NCBI GenBank assembly: GCA_036351155.1
Contig: JAZBOO010000314.1
Span: forward strand, 1 to 47,482
Direction: 5' to 3'
Length of the DNA stretch: 47,482 nucleotides
From: Candidatus Krumholzibacteriia bacterium
GTDB lineage: Bacteria; Krumholzibacteriota; Krumholzibacteriia; LZORAL124-64-63
Each line of letters opens with the position of its first letter. Within the stretch, counting starts at the first letter, position 1. Under the pieces are notes generated by a model, which worked only from the letters and a program-made list of their open reading frames with translations, did not search any database and was not told the origin of the DNA. Positions 43,527 through 47,482 of the stretch are shown piece by piece. Position numbers and translations under genes: made by a program.

Positions 43527-44072
43527 ATGACGCAATCCTGGAGACCCTATATCGCCGGAGCTCTGGTCGGAGTGCTGGCCATTCTCTCGGTGGTGATCAG
43601 CACCCAGGTGCTGGAGAAACCCAAGTACCTGGGGGCCTCGACCACCTTTGTCCGATCGGCGGGGCTCATCGAACAAGCGGTGGCGCCGGACCATGTGGCG
43701 GAGAACGTCTATTACCAGAGCAAGAAGGTAAAAGTCGACTGGCAGATGATGGTGCTGGCCGGCATCCTCATCGGTGCTTTTGCCGCCTCGCGGATGGACG
43801 GCAGCTTCAAGGCTGAAGGGACGCCCCCGCTCTGGCGTGACCGTTTCGGCCACAAGGTCTCCACCCGGGCAATCGGGGCTTTCCTGGGCGGGATCGTGGC
43901 CATGTTCGGTGCCCGGATGGCGGGAGGCTGTCCCAGCGGACACGGGCTGAGTGGACTCATGCAGATGTCCGTCAGTGGCTTCATTGCCATGGCGGGATTT
44001 TTCGGCGCCGGCATCATCGTGGCGCGCCTCATCTATCGCAATACAGTTATCAAGGAGGTGGGCCATGAATGA
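43527..44072 (+). CDS. YeeE/YedE sulfur-compound transporter family protein (half 1)
   Basis: WRPYIAG, LGASTTF, FGARMAGGCPSGHGLSG; GGAGG RBS. Confidence 0.9.
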   Translation: MTQSWRPYIAGALVGVLAILSVVISTQVLEKPKYLGASTTFVRSAGLIEQAVAPDHVAENVYYQSKKVKVDWQMMVLAGILIGAFAASRMDGSFKAEGTPPLWRDRFGHKVSTRAIGAFLGGIVAMFGARMAGGCPSGHGLSGLMQMSVSGFIAMAGFFGAGIIVARLIYRNTVIKEVGHE

Positions 44073-44592
44073 GCTGTGGCTGGGACTGGTGACGGGCATC
44101 TTCTTCGGAGCCCTGTTGCAGCAGGGACGTGTCCTGCGTTACGAGAAACAGGTGGGCGCCATGCTCTTCAAGGACATGACCATCCTGAAGTTCATGCTCT
44201 CCGCCATCATCGTGGGAATGATTGGCATCAACCTGCTGGTCAGCCTTGGTGTGATCGCGCTGAGCGTCAAGGCCACCGCCATCGGGGCCAACCTTGTCGG
44301 TGGATTGCTCTTCGGTGCAGGCTGGGCGGTCATGGGTTTTTGCCCCGGCACCTCGGTGGGAGCGCTGGGTGAAGGACGCTGGCATGCACTGTTCGCCATC
44401 GCCGGCATGCTGGTCGGGGCGGCGCTGTATGCCGAGGCTTATCCGGCCCTGAAGGACAACGTGCTGGCCTGGGGTAAGTTCGGCAAGATCACCTTGCCTG
44501 GGATACTGGGGGTTTCACCCTGGCTGGTGATCCCGGTCCTGGTGGCCGGATACCTGGCCCTGTTCCAGGTCTTCGAGAAGAAGAAGATATGA
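44065..44592 (+). CDS. YeeE/YedE sulfur-compound transporter family protein (half 2)
   Basis: GIFFGALL, FKDMTILKFM, GGLLFGAGWAVMGFCPGT; AAGGAGG RBS. Confidence 0.9.
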   Translation: MNELWLGLVTGIFFGALLQQGRVLRYEKQVGAMLFKDMTILKFMLSAIIVGMIGINLLVSLGVIALSVKATAIGANLVGGLLFGAGWAVMGFCPGTSVGALGEGRWHALFAIAGMLVGAALYAEAYPALKDNVLAWGKFGKITLPGILGVSPWLVIPVLVAGYLALFQVFEKKKI

Positions 44593-44598
44593 ACGAGC

Positions 44599-44677
44599 CT
44601 GGCCCGGATTGTTCATGACAGAGTGTGAAGCGGTTTTAACCATCCGCAGCAACTCCATCATGAATAATCCGGGCTAG
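44599..44677. mobile_element. 79-bp MITE-like inverted-repeat element
   Basis: CTGGCCCGGATTGTTCATGA ... TCATGAATAATCCGGGCTAG (18/20 complementary), no coding capacity. Confidence 0.55.
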
Positions 44678-46905
44678 CGGCGCTGGCTGATCATCAGCAG
44701 GGGACACGTCGTCCGGTCGGCGATCTTGAGCACCAACTTTCCGAAAACCTTGTTGCGTCGGCCAAGGCGCTGGAGCCCGAGCACGAGCAGGTCGCTCTCG
44801 GCGGCTTTCGCCGTGATCACCGAGATCATGTCATCGCTGCAGACGACATGCGTTGTGCTGATTCCGGGAGCCTCGTCAGCCGCGAGCTTGGCCAGTTCCT
44901 GCTTGGCACGCAGTTTCTCCGCCGGAGAGGATGCCGCCGGCAGAACGCGTAGATAGGTGATTTCGCGCAACCTTGTGCGGCACATGTTGCCGATAAGATG
45001 GGCCCTGATGCGGCTCTGATCGCGGCGACCGCCAGCAGCCACGAGGATCTTCTGCGCGTCGCCAACCTTCCAGGCCATCGGAGCTCTCACGATCTTGACG
45101 TCACCCTCGACACGACTCATGAGCGTCTCAAGAGACCCGGTCAAAAGCGATTCATCCAGCTTGCCGAATCCGAGAATCAGGCTTTCGCACCGGTACCGGT
45201 TGGCGACCCGCTCGATCTCGAGCCAGGGATTCTCTCCCATGGTGATCAGGGCTTCGGTGTTGAGAGAGGCCTTGAAGGCTGTTGCCAGTGCGCCGCCAAG
45301 GACTTTCTGGGCGTCGACCAGCTGTGCAGGCAGGCGCTCGCCGGACCAGTCTTGCGGAGGCCTCACGACCGACAGGAGCAGGATCTTGGCGACCGCATGT
45401 GGTATGAGCGCGTCGGCCATGGTCACCAGCATGGGAGCGCTGGCTGGATTGGCGATGGGCACGAGCACCAGCGGGCTGCGGCCGCGAAACCGCACCAGGC
45501 TGGGATCGAGAGCTTCTGCTGAGGCGTCGGCGATCTTGGCTCCGGGTGCCAGATAAATCATGTACAGGAGGGCACCCAGGCCGAGCCACATGGCGGCCAG
45601 GGCTCCGGCCGAGGGCACGGCGACGGACTGGAACAAGGCCAAGGCCAGGCAAGCTGCTCCGCCGATGACGGGAATCAGTGGAAAGGCTGCCGACTGAAAG
45701 TGGTTCACCCCGTCGCGTCGCTGGACCAGATAGGCAAGGCCGTGGATAAGGGCGAAACTCGACAGGAAGATGAGACTGGACATGGCTCCGGCCGTGGCCA
45801 CATCGGGCAAGGCAATCAGGATGAACGTGACAGTGATCGCCGTCAGCATGATGGCTGGCACCGGGGTGCCGCTCGTCGGGGCCATCCGTCCAAAGCGACG
45901 CGGCAGGGTGCGGTCCGTCGCCATGGTCTTCGCGAAATGGGAAGCGGCCATCAGGTTAGCCTGCAGCGCGGACAGCATGGAAAGCAGACCGGCGACAATG
46001 ATCAGCCAGTACCCGGTGGGTCCGAGAAAATTACCGGCCGCCTTGGCAATGAGGATCTCCGGGTCTTTCTCGGCGGCCGCGACGATGGACCCGTCCGGCG
46101 CACCGACTGCGACGACCAGGAACAGCAGGGGCAGGTAGATAATCAACGCCGTACCCAGGGAAAGGAGCATGGCGCGTGGGATGGTGCGCTCGGGCTGCTT
46201 GATTTCCCCGCCAACGGCGGCAATCAGGTCGAAACCCTGCAGGGCGATGAAGGTGTAGCCCATGGCCTGCACCAGGCCCCCGCCGCCCTTGTGGAAGAAC
46301 GGCCGAAAGCGGGCCGATAATTCCTCCACATTGGGCGGATGGACCATCAACACCCAGAACCCGCCCATGATGACTGCCACGAAGACGATCACCTTGCCCA
46401 CGGCAGGCCACTGGCTCCCTCCACCGGCCGATCGCATGAGACTCCAGGAGTAGAGGGCCACCGCCGCAGTCGCATAAGCCACCACGGAGAATCGCGCTCC
46501 AAGCCAGGCGGGAGGGGTGCCGCCGGCCGTGAGGATGAGCTGCTCGAGAATGGGTACCAGAAAAACACCGAAACCCAGGGCGTATAGCACCGCGGCGACG
46601 ATCGAGGCAAACCAGACGACCCAGCCAACGGCGAATGCGGCGTCCACGGGCAGGACCTTGCGAGCATAGGTGTAGGTGCCGCCGGACTCGGGGAAACGCC
46701 TGGCGAGCTGGGCAAACGAGAGGGCGGTGAGAACGGCGATGCCGCCATTCAGGGTAAAGGCGACGATCGCACTGGGGCCTGTCGTGGCGAAGGCCACGCC
46801 GGCCAATGCAAGGATGCCGCCACCGACAATGGCGCCGACACCGATCAGGGTCGCACCGATCAGTCCGATGGTTCGCGGATTCTGGTTGTGCGTATGAACC
46901 ACCAT
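44674..46905 (-). CDS. APC-family amino acid permease with two C-terminal universal-stress-protein-like domains
   Basis: GVGAIVGGGI, FPESGGTYTY, FIALQGFDLI..GGEIKQP; VLVPIANP, KILVAAGG, SDLLVLG. Confidence 0.9.
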   Translation of the reverse strand: MVVHTHNQNPRTIGLIGATLIGVGAIVGGGILALAGVAFATTGPSAIVAFTLNGGIAVLTALSFAQLARRFPESGGTYTYARKVLPVDAAFAVGWVVWFASIVAAVLYALGFGVFLVPILEQLILTAGGTPPAWLGARFSVVAYATAAVALYSWSLMRSAGGGSQWPAVGKVIVFVAVIMGGFWVLMVHPPNVEELSARFRPFFHKGGGGLVQAMGYTFIALQGFDLIAAVGGEIKQPERTIPRAMLLSLGTALIIYLPLLFLVVAVGAPDGSIVAAAEKDPEILIAKAAGNFLGPTGYWLIIVAGLLSMLSALQANLMAASHFAKTMATDRTLPRRFGRMAPTSGTPVPAIMLTAITVTFILIALPDVATAGAMSSLIFLSSFALIHGLAYLVQRRDGVNHFQSAAFPLIPVIGGAACLALALFQSVAVPSAGALAAMWLGLGALLYMIYLAPGAKIADASAEALDPSLVRFRGRSPLVLVPIANPASAPMLVTMADALIPHAVAKILLLSVVRPPQDWSGERLPAQLVDAQKVLGGALATAFKASLNTEALITMGENPWLEIERVANRYRCESLILGFGKLDESLLTGSLETLMSRVEGDVKIVRAPMAWKVGDAQKILVAAGGRRDQSRIRAHLIGNMCRTRLREITYLRVLPAASSPAEKLRAKQELAKLAADEAPGISTTHVVCSDDMISVITAKAAESDLLVLGLQRLGRRNKVFGKLVLKIADRTTCPLLMISQRR

Positions 46906-47110
46906 CTGCTCACAATCGCTGGCGGCCAGTATTGTTCGTGCCCGATTCAGATGCTGTTGTCCCGTGGGAAAGCAAGATACCCTGCACCTGGCTGCTTGTC
47001 TATTGTCGTGCCTTCGCCCAACATGGACCGATCTGAGGCATCCGAAACCCAGAAGGCCGGCCCGTTTGGGGTCGCATCGACCACGCTGCCGAATGACGCG
47101 AACTTCAGGT

Positions 47111-47482
47111 CTAGTCTGCCGGAGTCATATCGATCTCGGCGTGCCAGGGGCTGGCGTCTTTCAATCCGATCAGGAAGGAATGGGCCCCCAGGACGGTCAC
47201 GATCACCCGCCTGGGGTCGTCCGGGTCTTCGCGGAAGTTTCGGCGCCAAATAATGTGTTCGGCTTCAGGAAAAGGGCCGCCGCGCACGCCTTCTTCATAA
47301 AGTCTGGTCACAATGGAACGCGTCCCCAGGCCCGGAACCAATGCTCTGAGGAGTTGATCGTTCGGCAGGTTGGCCCGGACTCCCGCGGCCATGCGGTCCC
47401 CGAAAACCGTCCTCAGAACAGCCACTCCGGCCTCATGCGGTTCCAGATCGGACAACGCCATCTGGGCCAGATCCATGAGGTC
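47111..47482 (-). CDS. Hypothetical protein (probably 5' truncated by window end)
   Basis: Frame open to window edge; GC-typical codon usage; GGPFPEAEHIIW. Confidence 0.55.
   Translation of the reverse strand, partial: DLMDLAQMALSDLEPHEAGVAVLRTVFGDRMAAGVRANLPNDQLLRALVPGLGTRSIVTRLYEEGVRGGPFPEAEHIIWRRNFREDPDDPRRVIVTVLGAHSFLIGLKDASPWHAEIDMTPAD

Noticed and set aside
46906..47110. Possible small ORFs or riboswitch upstream of the APC permease
   Set aside because: No recognisable aptamer consensus or protein motif

Overview
GC-rich bacterial chromosomal segment with about 38 intact CDS and no recognisable rRNA, tRNA, CRISPR array, integrase or transposase. Housekeeping, transport and signalling genes include a U32 peptidase, a TTT transporter, a D-2-hydroxyacid dehydrogenase, two sensor kinases, an RluA-family enzyme, CvfB, a ynbA/ynbB/acyltransferase-like lipid cluster, a short Rho, a GNAT-nitrilase, a YeeE/YedE pair and an APC-USP permease. 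They are interspersed with many secreted proteins. Six of these end in a FlgD-Ig/T9SS-CTD-like domain. Three unrelated ones end in a shared short motif, [ED]xxxWxx[LV]Kxx[YF][RK]-stop, which looks like an uncharacterised C-terminal sorting signal. This style suggests an FCB-group candidate lineage (Krumholzibacteriota/Latescibacterota-like; inference only). Other highlights are a 4.1-kb AT-richer block bounded by direct copies of a palindromic site, a secreted protein resembling a plant XLG/EDR4-like domain, a TctC-TctB fusion, a dehydrogenase with a signal peptide, a 79-bp MITE-like element and several eroded gene remnants. Family assignments come from motif recognition by eye; no searches were run.
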